A stretch of DNA of 64,000 nucleotides from Chiloscyllium plagiosum (lineage: Eukaryota): NCBI RefSeq assembly GCF_004010195.1, contig NC_057746.1:5729925-5793924 (forward strand), in the 5' to 3' direction. Below the pieces are notes generated by a model. It worked only from the letters and a program-made list of their open reading frames with translations, searched no databases and had not been told where the DNA came from. A program made the position numbers and the translations under genes. Shown here in pieces: positions 11,701-22,504 of this stretch (the stretch's first letter is position 1; each line of letters starts with the position of its first letter).

Positions 11701-14700
11701 TAAATTCGAATTGTTATCAAAACAGCAATCACTTTAAATTATCACCCACGATACTAAAACCCAATCAATTATGATTTTCTTGTTTTGCTAACCTAGAACA
11801 TGGAACATAGAAAAGTACAGCACAGAACAGGCCCTTTAGCCCACAATGTTGTGCTGAGGATTATTCCTAATCGAAAATAAAAAAAAACCTAACTTCTGAA
11901 CCCCTCGATTCACTGCTGTCCATGTGCATGTCCAGCAGATGCTTAAATGTCTCTAATGACTCTGCTTCCACAACCAACACTGGCAATGTATTCAATGCAT
12001 TCACAACTTTCTGTGTAAAGAATCTACGTCTGATGTCTCCTCTATACTTTCCTTCTAACACCTTAAAGCTATGACCCCTCATGCCAGTGAATCCAGTCCT
12101 GGGGAAAAATCTCTGGCTAACAAATCTATCCATGCCTCTCATTACCTTGTATACCTTGTTTGGATCACCTCTTTTCCTTCTTCTTTCTAGAGAGAAAAGT
12201 CCAAGCTTAGTCAACCTCTCTTCGTAAGACAAGCCTTCCAGTCCAGGCAGTAAACCTTTGCACCCTCTCCAAAGCCTCTGTATCTTTCCTATAATAGGGC
12301 AACTAGAACTGGACACAATATTCCAAGTGTGGTCTCACCAGGGTTTTGTAGACCTCGCGGCTCTTAAACTCAATCTCCCTGTTAATGAAAACCAAAACAC
12401 CGTTTGCTTTCTTAACAACCCTATCCACTTGGATGACAACTTTGACGGATCTATGCACTTGAACACCAAGATCCCTTCCTTCCACCAAGAATCCTGTCTT
12501 TAATCCTATATTCAGCGTTCAAGTTCGACCTTCCAAAATGCATCACTTTATATTTATCCAAGTTGAACTCCATCTGCCATTTCTCAGCATAGCTCTGCAT
12601 CCTGTCTATGTCGCACTGCAGCCTGCAATAGCCCTCGATAATATCAACAGTACCTCCAACCTTTGTGTCATCGGCAAATTTACCAAGGCACCCCTCAACC
12701 TCCTCATCCAAGTCATTTATAAAAACTGCAAAGAACAGAGGCCAAAGAACAGAGCCCTGTGGGACACGACTCACCACTGACCTCCAGGCAGAATACTTTC
12801 CATCTATAAGCACTCTCTGCCTTCTGTCAGCCAGCCAATTCTGAATCCAGACAGCCAAATCTCCCTGTATCCCATACCTCCTAACTTTATGAATGAGGCT
12901 ACCGTGGGAACCTTATCAAATGCACTGCTGAAGTCCACATACACCACATTCACTGCTCGACCTTCGTCAACCTGTGTCATCAACATCAAACCATTGAGAC
13001 GATCTGATGTTGGGGGGCATTTAAAACGAGCCAAAAGAAGCCAAACCAATGTCTTGTATAGCCACAATATGCATCCTAACTCCTGTACTTAACCTTCTGA
13101 CCAGTAAAGTCAAGCGTGCCAAAAGCCTTCCTCACCATCCTGTCTACCTCTGACTCCACTTTCAAGAAACTACGAGCCTGCACTCCCTTCGTTCAGCAAT
13201 GCTCCCTAGGACCTTACTGTTACGGTGTACAAGTCCTGCCTTGATGTGCCCTATCAAAATGTAGCACCTCACATTTATCCAGATTAAACTCCATCTATCA
13301 CGCCTCAACATTTGTAACTGTGCTAGCTTGTACAACAGTGACTCAGCAGTGCTAACCTACCCACAGATTCAGAGATGAAATGGCAGGGGAATGAAACAGA
13401 AATGAGTAGGAATGGAGAGACATCAAGGGTTGGAGAGAATAGACAGACACAAGGAATGGGGGCAATAAAGCTACACAGAGGATGGAAGACTACAGAGACG
13501 TGGAGGATGGGAGTAATAAAGAGATGGGAGAATGGGTGATAACAGAAAAAACTGAGGTATCAGGTGTGGAAGTGGGTAATAGGCAGGCATATGGAGCCAG
13601 ATGGAGGGTTGGTCTCACCTCCACTCTGGTTGGTGTGGTTTAAGGCTGTCTGAATATTGGTCAGCCCGATGTGCTCAGAGCTCCTCAGGATCTGAGTCTG
13701 CTGTTCCCAATACTCAGGGCCCTGACACTCTGCCATCCATCGTTGCCGAGGGATCACTTTGCGAAGATCACTGTCGTAGTAATCAATTGGGATATCATCG
13801 ACATAACCAACAGCCAGAAACTCTGGCAAACCAGAAATTGGGGTCATTGCAGTGTAGAAATACCGGAGGGAATGAGAGCCTGAAACAGGGAGAGGAGGAG
13901 GAGGAGAGAGAGGAAGATATCAGGACATGAACCTCAAAAACATTGCAGAGCTCCTTGCAAATAAACTCTGACAGAGAATCCCCTGTACATAAATCCCAGA
14001 GCTCCCTGTAAATAAACCCCGACACATAGCCCCCATAAGTAAACCCTAAAATACAGAGCCGCCTGTAAATAAAACTAGACAGTGCACTAGTTCTCACAGT
14101 ATTTATTAAAGTATGTTTTTGTTGTCCAAAACTCTGGAGAACTGCTTTCTGTTGTGGGCACTCCATCTTCATAAGGATAGATTGGTTGAAGTGTATATCT
14201 CAAACAGACAGATACTGAGTTTTGAACAAGTTGCAAAGACCTGGCTTGTATTCCAGTGAAAACAGTTTCAACTCTACTGTTGTCAGAATAATGAATGGAC
14301 TCTCAAACCTGTAGCATTTGCCTGCACCTGTGTTTTTGTTTTTGCCACTGTTTCCCTATTATTTACTTATCTATGCTGTTTAACTATGTGATCCGCCTGT
14401 ATTGCTCGCAAGACAAAGTTTTTCACTGTGCCTCGGTGCAATTAACAATACATGCAATTCAATTCATTTCAGTTACAGCATGATCTCATTGAGATGATGA
14501 GACTATTTAAAGGATTTAATTGCAAAGAGATCTTTTTGAAGTGACAGTGTTGCAAATGCATGGCTTAATTGTCAAACTGTAGCTGAGCTCTTTCTCCAGC
14601 CTGAGACTGAATGCACTCTCTGACACCATTACTCACTGAGGTTTAATGTCCCAGTACCAAGCCTGACACTGCAAACCTGCTTGAGCCAATTACCCACTGA

Positions 14701-14980
14701 TTAAGGGTTAATGCCTCAATAGCCAGTAATATGCTCTCTGAAAGGGCAGTGCTTGTCACTGGCCACCCGGGTGTTTTCCTATCTTCCTGGTGGTGGAAAT
14801 TGAATAAAGATTGGTGCACTTTGTGTCTTTCACTGTGTCTCACACCTGCACACACACACCATGGGTGCTGGGGATAAAATAAGCACTACCGCACTTAGGG
14901 AAAAAAAAAGCTCTCTGACTCCAGTACCAACCTGCATAGACCACTCCACACAGAGAGACCAGCACTGAGAAACGGACCAT
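5751..14980 (-). CDS. MHC class I heavy chain gene (shark UAA-lineage-like), 7 coding exons, 365 aa
   Basis: Exons 14980-14932, 13879-13619, 10562-10290, 9650-9378, 6464-6306, 6082-6047, 5797-5751; all introns GT-AG and phase 1; total 1098 nt, open to TGA. Order leader, a1, a2, a3 (C1-Ig), TM, cyt, cyt. Confidence 0.95.
6047..6082 (-). CDS. MHC class I exon 6, cytoplasmic GGKKKSIYNLAN (Tyr motif)
   Basis: ctcttatag|GA GGA AAG...AAT T|gtaagt; 36 nt, phase 1-1; Tyr at the position typical of class I tails. Confidence 0.85.
6306..6464 (-). CDS. MHC class I exon 5, connecting peptide and transmembrane segment
   Basis: ccaccacag|TT GAG.. is in frame; IGIVAAVLVLIGIVVGMVVW followed by RRRGK stop-transfer; donor G|gtagga. 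Confidence 0.85.
6840..8720. mobile_element. Old CR1 LINE fragments in both orientations (class I intron 4)
   Basis: Relics of the endonuclease-RT linker and RT motifs (gaagattgcagaggctctg, aactattgaccaatcac, aagcattcaacaaact). Confidence 0.6.
9195..9350. repeat. Degenerate CA-rich minisatellite (cagtc..acacacac..tctcc)
   Basis: About 5 imperfect 25-35 bp units next to the alpha-3 donor. Confidence 0.55.
9378..9650 (-). CDS. MHC class I exon 4, alpha-3 C1-set Ig domain
   Basis: LSCLVTGFYPRDIEV..LPNHNGTYQ..YSCQYEH; tttctcag acceptor, G|gtaagt donor. Confidence 0.97.
10290..10562 (-). CDS. MHC class I exon 3, alpha-2 domain
   Basis: GIHTVQIMHGCE..GWDGQDYISFD..ITKNKWD..AYLERTCIEWLKTYL; both disulfide Cys present; ttgacag acceptor, gtgagt donor. 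Confidence 0.97.
10850..13310 (-). mobile_element. Nested CR1 LINE fragments in class I intron 2; best preserved copy 11790-12975
   Basis: ORF pieces VPQGSVLWPLFFAVFINDLD, KFADDTK, YKTLVRPHLEYCVQF, LFSLERRR; (ttctatg)-like tail near 11795. Confidence 0.9.
13619..13879 (-). CDS. MHC class I exon 2, alpha-1 domain
   Basis: ctgtttcag|GCTCTCAT...; GSHSLRYFYTAMTP..PEFLAVGYVDD..GPEYWEQQTQ..HTNQSG; donor G|gtgaga; NQS sequon at the N86-equivalent position. Confidence 0.97.
13940..14085. repeat. Degenerate minisatellite (cagagc..cctgtaaataaac)
   Basis: About 5 imperfect 20-30 bp units in class I intron 1. Confidence 0.55.
14932..14980 (-). CDS. MHC class I exon 1, signal peptide MVRFSVLVSLCGVVYA
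   Basis: gctgcaATG...TATGCAG|gttggt; hydrophobic leader ending in Ala; phase-1 G joins GCTCTCAT to give GSH. Confidence 0.88.
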
Positions 14981-15404
14981 TGCAGCTTCCTTTAACAGTT
15001 TGGAATAAATAATTTACGAGGAATCTTTTCCAAGGAACTGTGTTCCCTGTCGAGTTCAGACCGGGTGATTCCTGTGCTCTTGTCCACTTCAGATCGGGTG
15101 ATTCCTGTGCTCTGTGAGCAGTCTCCTGTCTTATGTGATAATGTAACCTGAAAGGCACACAAGTAGCTTTAAGGGCTGCTCCACAGACCTGGTCCCTGCA
15201 GATACAGGAAACCACAACACTATTAATTGCAACGTAAGTGTGCTCAGGCAAAATGTAAACAGCGTGAAGTTTGGTGGAGAGACTAATGGCTCAATAAGGT
15301 TAATTGCCTGGGAGGTGGCAGCAGCTAAGAGTATTGCTAATTATCTGAGAATTTGGACTGTGTGTCATTTTTTAAGCACAGACGGGTAGATTAGGACAGG
15401 GATC

Positions 15405-15712
15405 ATAGATCATAGAATCCCGACAGTGTGGAAACAGGCCCTTCGGCCCAGCAAGTCCACCCCAACCCATCCTCCTATTGCTGTACATTTACCTCTTACT
15501 AAACCGACACATGCTTGAACACTATGGACAATTTTATATGGCCAATTCACCCAACCTGCACATCTTTTGACTGTGGGAGGAAACCTGAACACCTGGAGGA
15601 AACCCAGATTATCACATGGAGAATGTGCAAACTCTGCACAGTCACCCAAATCTGGAATTGAACCCAAGTCCCTGGCGCTGTGAAACAACAGTGCTAACCA
15701 CTGAGCCACCAT
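15405..15712 (-). mobile_element. HE1/V-SINE, older copy
   Basis: tRNA-like head (tggtggctcagtggttagcactg..gggttcaattcc), V-domain, CR1-like tail. Confidence 0.88.
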
Positions 15713-15774
15713 ATCTCCAAAAGATCCTAGAATATTTGCAGATCCTATTTTTCACACTGAGAACATGGGACTAG

Positions 15775-15860
15775 GGTTGAAAGGAAGTGAAAGGGAGAGC
15801 GAAACTGCCATGATGGAGCCCAGATTGAAATTCCTATTCTCCACTTGATTCACTTTCAAT
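15775..15860. promoter_or_regulatory. Candidate IRF/ISRE-EICE motif cluster upstream of the class I gene
   Basis: GAAAGGAAGTGAAAG (contains GGAAGTGAAA), GCGAAACT, and TTCACTTTC (GAAAGTGAA on the minus strand) within 85 bp. Confidence 0.45.
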
Positions 15861-16614
15861 CTAAAAAAGGTGGGAATGACTATCCATTCACAAGGGACTG
15901 GCCTGAAGATAGATTATGGAGGGACTAAGTTGGGCTTTAGGATCTTCCTGCAGCTGAGTGAGTTTGAGCCTCAGCAAAGACAGCTATCTGATGAAGGGCT
16001 TGGTTCCAGAGGAGAACAGCCTGTCCACAACAGCGAGGAATCTGCCCCAGGGGAAGTGTGAAGACAGCAGGATGAACAATGAAGGGGGTGGAATGTGAAT
16101 GAGGAAATGGTGTAAAAGAGAGGCAAAGAGCAGTGAGGGAAGGAAATGGAGGAAGGAGAGGGGATGGGGCTAGACTAAGGCCAATGAGTGTGCTATTTTC
16201 TATCTTATTCCATGAATCAGTTAGGTGATGTAACTTTTTTTTATCTGTTATTTCTCCAATTTTGTATCTAAGATTGTACCATTAGGAGCCCTCCCTCCAC
16301 ATTATTACCATTACGAGCGACATTGCAAACTTTTCACTGTATTCTTGTACTTGAGAACAGGTGACAATTAACCTAATTCTAAAGTAATTGTACAGAGACT
16401 GAAGGAGGACTGATGGGGTTGTGAATGGGGAGGGAATTGGAGGGCCATTCTGAAGAAGGGTCAAGGGACCCAAAATGTTAAACTCTGCCTTCTCTCATTA
16501 TTTATAGATGATGTCAGAGATGCTACATTTTTCCAAACATTTCTGTTTTTTATTTGTTTTCCAGCATTTGCAGATTTTTTTTTATTTGGAGGGGGAGGCG
16601 AGAAGAAATCACAT

Positions 16615-16955
16615 TCCTACAGCCTTTTGCAGGGACGCACCTCCTCGTCCAGCACTGTCCATGTCACAGCCGTTCGGGCTCCCGAATGCTGAGCGCCCAC
16701 GGCCACTGCGCGGCACAGAACTACAACCCCCGGCAGGCATCGCGGACCATCTCCCCTGATTCCACACAGCCGCCACTCAATGCGCAGGTGCTGGGCCCAC
16801 GTGCGGTATGGGTAATGTAGTTCGGAGCGGAGTTGTGAGAGGTTTGGATGAATTGAGCCGAGTCTCTGTGGAGGGGGACGTTTTCTGGGCTTGGGGCTGC
16901 AGTTCAGTCATGTTTGAGGAGATGGTCGTCCTTTCCTCCATCAATCACAGGAAGG
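16615..16955 (+). promoter_or_regulatory. CpG-rich promoter module with two opposed ZNF143/Staf (SBS)-like motifs and a possible exon-1 donor
   Basis: ACTACAACCCCCGGCAGGCATCGCG (16720-16744); minus-strand ACTACATTACCCATACCGCA (about 16802-16821); locally high CpG; caggaag|gtagtt. Confidence 0.7.
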
Positions 16956-17329
16956 TAGTTCCAGAAAAAAAATCTAAATACAAAACCGAAGGTGTGGCCT
17001 GAGAAACTCAGCAGGTCTGGCAGTATTTGTTAAGGGAAAACAAAGTTAACGTTTCAGGGTTAATGGGAGTGCCTCAAAGTGAAAGGCAAAGGAAGTGTTT
17101 ATGGTGACAAGAACAGATATAGATGTGTCTTCTTTCCAGAGATGCTGCCAGACCGACTTGGGTTTCTCCAGCAATTTCTGATTTTGTTATCACAAAGTGT
17201 ACCTGTTTATGGTGGCTGTTAGTAATAGAAAATATGTTCGAAAAAACAATTTCCAATGAACAGCTGACACTGGAAATCGGGAACTAAAACAGGAATGGGA
17301 AAACTCAGCAGTTCTGGTCACATCTGTAG

Positions 17330-19270
17330 AGAGAGAGAGTCGAGAGTGTGGTGCTGGAAAAGCACAGCAGGTCAGGCAGCATCCGAAGAGCAGCAGAATC
17401 AACGTTTCGGGCAAGAACCCTTCATCAGGAATGAGGTTTGTGGGCCGAGGGGGTAGAGAGATAAATGGGAGGGAATTGGGGCTGAGAGTGCGGGGAGTGG
17501 ATAGGTGGGAAGAAAGATGGACAGGTCATGAGGGCGATGCGGGGTTGAAAGATTGGAACTGAGATAAGGTGAGGAGAGGGGAAATGAGGAAACTAGTGAA
17601 GTCCATATTGACACTGTGTGGTTGGAGGATCCCAAGGCAGAAGATGAGGCGTTCTTCCTTCTCCTGTCAGGTGGTTACGGTGTGGTGATGGAGGAGGCCC
17701 AGGACCCGCATGTCCTTGGCAGAATGGAAGGGGAAGTTGAAGAATTTGGCCATGGGACAGTGGGGTTGGTTGGTGTTGGTGTCCCAGAGATATTCTCTGA
17801 AACATTCTGCAAGTAGACGTCCTGTCTCCCCAGTGTACAGGGGACTGCCTCGGGAGCAACGGATACAGCAAATGACGTGTGGAAGTCCAGGAAAAACTCC
17901 GACGGATGTGGAAGGCTCCCTTGGGGGAGGTGTGGGTGCAGGTTTTGCAATTCCTATGGTGGCGGGGAGGTTGCTGGGAGGGGAGGGGAGGGGAGGGTGG
18001 ATTGGTGGGGGGTGTGGACCTGACAAGGGATTTGTGGAGGGAATGGTCTTTACAGAAATCAAATCGGGTTGAGGAGAGAAATCTCTGGTGGTAGGGTATG
18101 TTTGTAGATGGCAGAAATGGCGAAGGATGATGCGATGTATACAGAGGTTGGTGGGTTGAAAGGTGAAGACCCGGGGGTGAGGGTTCTGTCCTTGTTGCGT
18201 TGGGAAGGGTGGGGTTTGAGGGCGGAGGTGTGAGAAGGTGGATGAGATGTGCTGGAGGGCATCATTGACCACGTGGGAGGGAAAATTGCGATCTTTGAAG
18301 GAGGCGTTCATCTGGTGTGTTCTGTGGTGGAACTGTTCCTCCTGGGAGCAGATGCGGCGAAGGTGAAGGAATTGGGAATAAGGGATAGCATTTTTACAGG
18401 AGGCCATTGACCACGTGGGAGGGAAAATTGCGATCTTTGAAGGAGGCGTTCATCCGGTGTGTTCCGTGGTGGAACTGTTCCTCCTGGGAGCAGATGCGGC
18501 GAAGGTGAAGGAATTGGGAATAAGGGATAGCATTTTTACAGGAGGCACGGTGGGAGGAGGTGTAGTCCAGGTAGCTGTGGCAGTTGGTGAGTTTGTTGAA
18601 GATATCCGAATTGAGTCGGTCACCGTTGATGGAGATGGAGAAGTCCAGGAAGGTGAGGGAGGTGTCCAAGATGGTCCAGGTGAACTTCAGGTCAGGATGG
18701 AATGTATTGGTGAAGCTGATGAACTGTTCAACCTCCTCATGGGAGCATGAGGCAGCGCCGATACAGTCATCAATGTCGCAAAGGCAAATGTGGAGAATGG
18801 TGCCAGTGTAACTACAGAAGATGGACTGTTTCACATAACCGACAAAGAGACAGGCATAGCTGGGGCCCATGGCTACCCCTTTTGGCTGGAAGAAGTGGAA
18901 GGGTTCAAAGGAGGAGTTTTTGAAAGTGAGGACCAGTTCAGACAGACGAATGCGAGTGAAGGTGGAAGAATACTGGTGGGGATGCCAGGTGAGGAAGAAA
19001 GTTAGGGTTTGGAGGCCTTTGTCATGGCAGATGGATGTATATAGGGACTGGATGCCTTTGGTGAAGATGAGACATTGGGGGCCAGGGAAACAAAAGTCTT
19101 GGAGGAGGTGGAGGGTGTGGGTGGTGCCCCGAACACATGTGAAGAGTTCCTGGAAAAGGAGGCTAGCACAGTATCAAGGTATGTGGAGATGAGTTCGGCG
19201 GGTTGGAACAGGCTGAGACAATGGGTCGGCCGGGCCAGTCAGGTTTGAGAGTCTTCGGTCAGAGGTAGAG
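17330..19270 (-). mobile_element. Penelope-like retroelement (RT + GIY-YIG), frameshifted, with hammerhead-bearing terminal repeat
   Basis: MGPSYACLFVG..DIDDCIG (RT); CCIRCSRGSPLYTGETGR (GIY-YIG-like); hammerhead motif at about 17398-17432; internal 142-bp tandem duplication. Confidence 0.92.
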
Positions 19271-19862
19271 CTGGGCAGTGCAGAGAAAGCAGAGTTCTGA
19301 AGAAGGGTCACTGTACTCGAACAGTTAACTTTGCTTTCTACTCACAGATGCTACCAGATCTGCTCAGTTAGCCTGGAAATTGTGTCAGCGCTGCTTAGAT
19401 TAGACCCATGAAAACAGGACACTGGGCTGGAAGAGTTGTCAATATTGACCTACACGCTTGAAAGTTTTTGAACTCAGTGTTGAGAGCTGAATCTATAAAG
19501 TGCCCAATACTAGGGACTAATTGTCCAGCTTATTGTGGGTGTGACTGGAACACTATCCCGGGAAGGTGATTGTGATGGCTGAAGAGTCTGCCACCACAGT
19601 GGTCTGGTCAGGACGGCGAGCAGGAGGGTGCCATTCTCTCTGACCATACTGAACAAGTGATTAACATGTAATTGGCAGCAGTTTTGAGAAAGTGTCACTC
19701 GACTCAAAACATTAACTGCAATTTCTGTTGACAGACTGCTGAGCTTTGCCAGCAATTTGTTTTGTTTGTGATTGACAGTGAGTTTGGAGGTGGGAGAAAG
19801 TGTTTCTTGTTTCTCATCCGTTCGACAGTGGGAACAGTCTCTCCCTGTGTTCTATACAACAG

Positions 19863-20045
19863 CTGCAATAAGTGAGGTTTTATTCAGATGGGACAATGAC
19901 CAGTTTAAATCTCCGCCTGATCTGCTGCTCAAAGTCACCTCCATTTCCCCGGTCAGTTTCCCAAGTTTCAGGAAACTCATGTTGCTCCAGAAATATTTGG
20001 ATTGACTGTGAGAGACGTCAATCAGAGAGCCCACCCACTCTGCAC
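19863..20045 (+). pseudogene. Orphan copy of the ZNF-family 5' exon module
   Basis: High identity to 47295-47430 (minus) and 62611-62687 (plus); preceded by acceptor-like tatacaacag. Confidence 0.55.
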
Positions 20046-20329
20046 ATTGGCTGCTCTTTTGAGGGCTGGTTCATGTGCCATTGCCTGTCTTTTCTAATTA
20101 ACATGGTCTTTTCAGACTCAAAATCATCCTCATCCAACATGCTATTTACTCTGCTCCTTTGAATCCCTCCACTCCCCGTCGCTAATAGTTTACAGTTTCC
20201 CTTAAGAGAATTAGCAAATCTTCCCGCGACAATATTGATCTTTTTCAGTACAAGTGAAAGCCATCCTTTTTCAACAGGCCTTTTTTGCCCCAGAAGAGAT
20301 CCCAATGATCCAAGAAATGCCACCATGGC

Positions 20330-21850
20330 ATTTCACATCATCCATCTCTGACACTTTGCTTCCTTTCCTTGATCTCTCCCTCTCCATTTTAGGAAATAAA
20401 CTGTCCTTTGCCAACCACTACCTCCCATAGCTACCTTGACTACAGCCCTTCACACCCACCTTCTGTAAGAATTCCATCCCATTATCCCAGATCCTTCACC
20501 TACATCATGTATGATTGGACATATATCCTTCCAAAAACAGCTCTGCTGACATAGCTTCCTTCTTCCATAACCATGCCTTCCCACCCACTGTGTTAACAGG
20601 GCCCTCAAACATATTTCACCTGTTACCAAAGCCTCCACCCTTGCCCCTTACCATCACTCACAACAGTATGATAGGGTCCCCCTTGTTCTCAGTTTTCGTC
20701 ATCGCACAAGCCTCCGCATTCAAAGAACCATCATCTGCCATTTCAGACAAGTACAGCAGCTCACCAAGCACATCTTTCCCACATTTGCCTTGCCTGCATT
20801 TCAAAGATTCTAGATCAGTGGTGCTGGAAGAGCACAGCAATTCAGGCAGCATCCGAGGACAGGCAAAATCGACGTTTCAGACAAAAGCCCTTCATCATTA
20901 TTCCTGATGAAGGGCTTTTGCCCGAAACGTCGATTTTGCCTGTCCTCGGATGCTGCCTGAATTGCTGTGCTCTTCCAGCACCACTGATCTAGAATCTGGT
21001 TTCCAGCATCTGCAGTCATTGTTTTTACCTGCATTTCAAAGAGATGATTCCCTCCAGAACATGGACACGACCCCCCTTTCCATGTAACTGCAGGAAGTGC
21101 CACACCTGCCGCTTCACCTCCTCCCTGCTCACCATCCAAGCGCCTGAACAGTCTTTCTAGGTGAAGCAGCATTTCACCTGTACCTCCTCCAATCTGGTCT
21201 ATTGCATTCGCTGCAACCAATGCCGCCTACTCTACATTCGAGAAACCAAATGCAGACTGGGAAATTGCTTGGCGGAGCACCTTCAGTCTGTGCGCAAGCA
21301 TGACCCTGACTTTCCCATTGCCAATGATTTTCACACAGCATCCCACTCACATTCCCACTTGTCTGTCCTCGGCATGCTGCAATGCTCCAGCAAATCACAG
21401 CAAACTGGAGGACCAACATCTGAACTTCAGACAAGACACCTTACAATCTTCTGGACTTCATATTGAGTTCAACACCTTCAGATTTCTTCCCCTTACTTTA
21501 AGCTTTACTTGTTGCATTCTCTGTCATCATGTCCTCGCGCCTCTCCCCCCAACTCCAGTGGGACTCTGTGTTCTTTCCCGATTGGCAGCTGGGCATAAAT
21601 ATTCTGCCATTTTCACATTCCGATCACTTTATCTGAACGATCAACATCCTTTCTCCTCTCACACTCCAATAGCCCTCATGCTGCCACTGTAGCATAAATA
21701 CTGTCCCCTAGACACTTCGTCAGCTCTGATCAAAAATCATCCAGACTTGAAATGTTAGCTTGCCTTCTCTCCACGGATGCTGCCTGACCCATTGTGATTC
21801 CCAGCATTTTTTGTTTTCAGGATTGATTCCAGCATCTGCAGCAATTTGCT
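20330..21850 (+). mobile_element. Decayed Penelope-like element interrupted by a fold-back insertion
   Basis: FTCTSSNLVYCIRCNQCRLLYIRETKCRLG (GIY-YIG relic); terminal repeat with decayed hammerhead at about 21722-21760. Confidence 0.88.
20793..21042 (+). mobile_element. Fold-back (inverted) PLE terminal-repeat insertion with 15-bp TSD
   Basis: About 93-bp arms 20805-20897 and 20905-20997; TSD cctgcatttcaaaga at 20793-20807 and 21028-21042. Confidence 0.88.
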
Positions 21851-21855
21851 GGTTA

Positions 21856-22370
21856 CTATTTCTGAGATTCTTTATTTTCTACTCTTGTACCTAACCGCTT
21901 ATTCTGCAAAGCCTTCATCGTTTCTTTAACTATGTTATGCCTACCAATGTGTGCAACAACTTCTGGTTTCTCAATCTCCCCTTTAACAATATACTTCAAA
22001 CATTTTGAGACATTCTTAATCCTGGGATTATGAAAGCAGCATACCATCTTGGACACACGCTCCTGTAGAATTTTCTGTCTATATCCTTGACAGAAGAGTC
22101 CCTCATAACAATCATTCCTTTACATTTTGTCAAACCCTGTCTAACATAAGATTTAATCTTAGTGCCCAAGTTCTGACTGTCTCTTCTTTTTTCCTCTGAG
22201 AGTCTATCCTTTGCAACAGCATCCAAACTGAGTATCTCAGAGAAATAGCCACCGCAGACTTCTGAACCATCTTCTTACCTTTCCTGACAGTCATCCGTCG
22301 ATCTGATTGATCCTGATGTGTAACCACATCTCTAAATCTACTAGACATCTAACTCTGTGTCTCTTGTAAG
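21856..22370 (-). mobile_element. CR1 ORF1 (SGNH esterase-like) relic
   Basis: IVMRDSSVKDIDR..MVCCF..PEVVAHIGRHNI resembles the GDS and HxGxND blocks of the CR1 ORF1 esterase. Confidence 0.65.
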
Positions 22371-22504
22371 CCCTCAATAATTTTAAACCGAAAAAGCAGT
22401 TTATGATAGCACCTCATATATAAACTACCTTTCAGTATTTCGGCATTATATCATATAACACTAACCTGCACGACCTATTAGTTATTACAAAACCACTGAC
22501 CATA

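Noticed and set aside
13940-14085. CRISPR-like repeat-spacer pattern in short tandem repeats
   Set aside because: Eukaryotic intron, degenerate units, no unique spacers and no cas genes
16808-17002. Paralogous short ORFs MGNVVRSG.. (also within 25836-26243)
   Set aside because: The start overlaps the ZNF143-like motif and the frames diverge by indels; conservation is better explained as promoter sequence
20805-20997. Interpretation as a MITE/DNA transposon or miRNA hairpin
   Set aside because: Arms are PLE terminal-repeat sequence, asymmetric relative to the element ends, with a long TSD typical of target-primed retrotransposition
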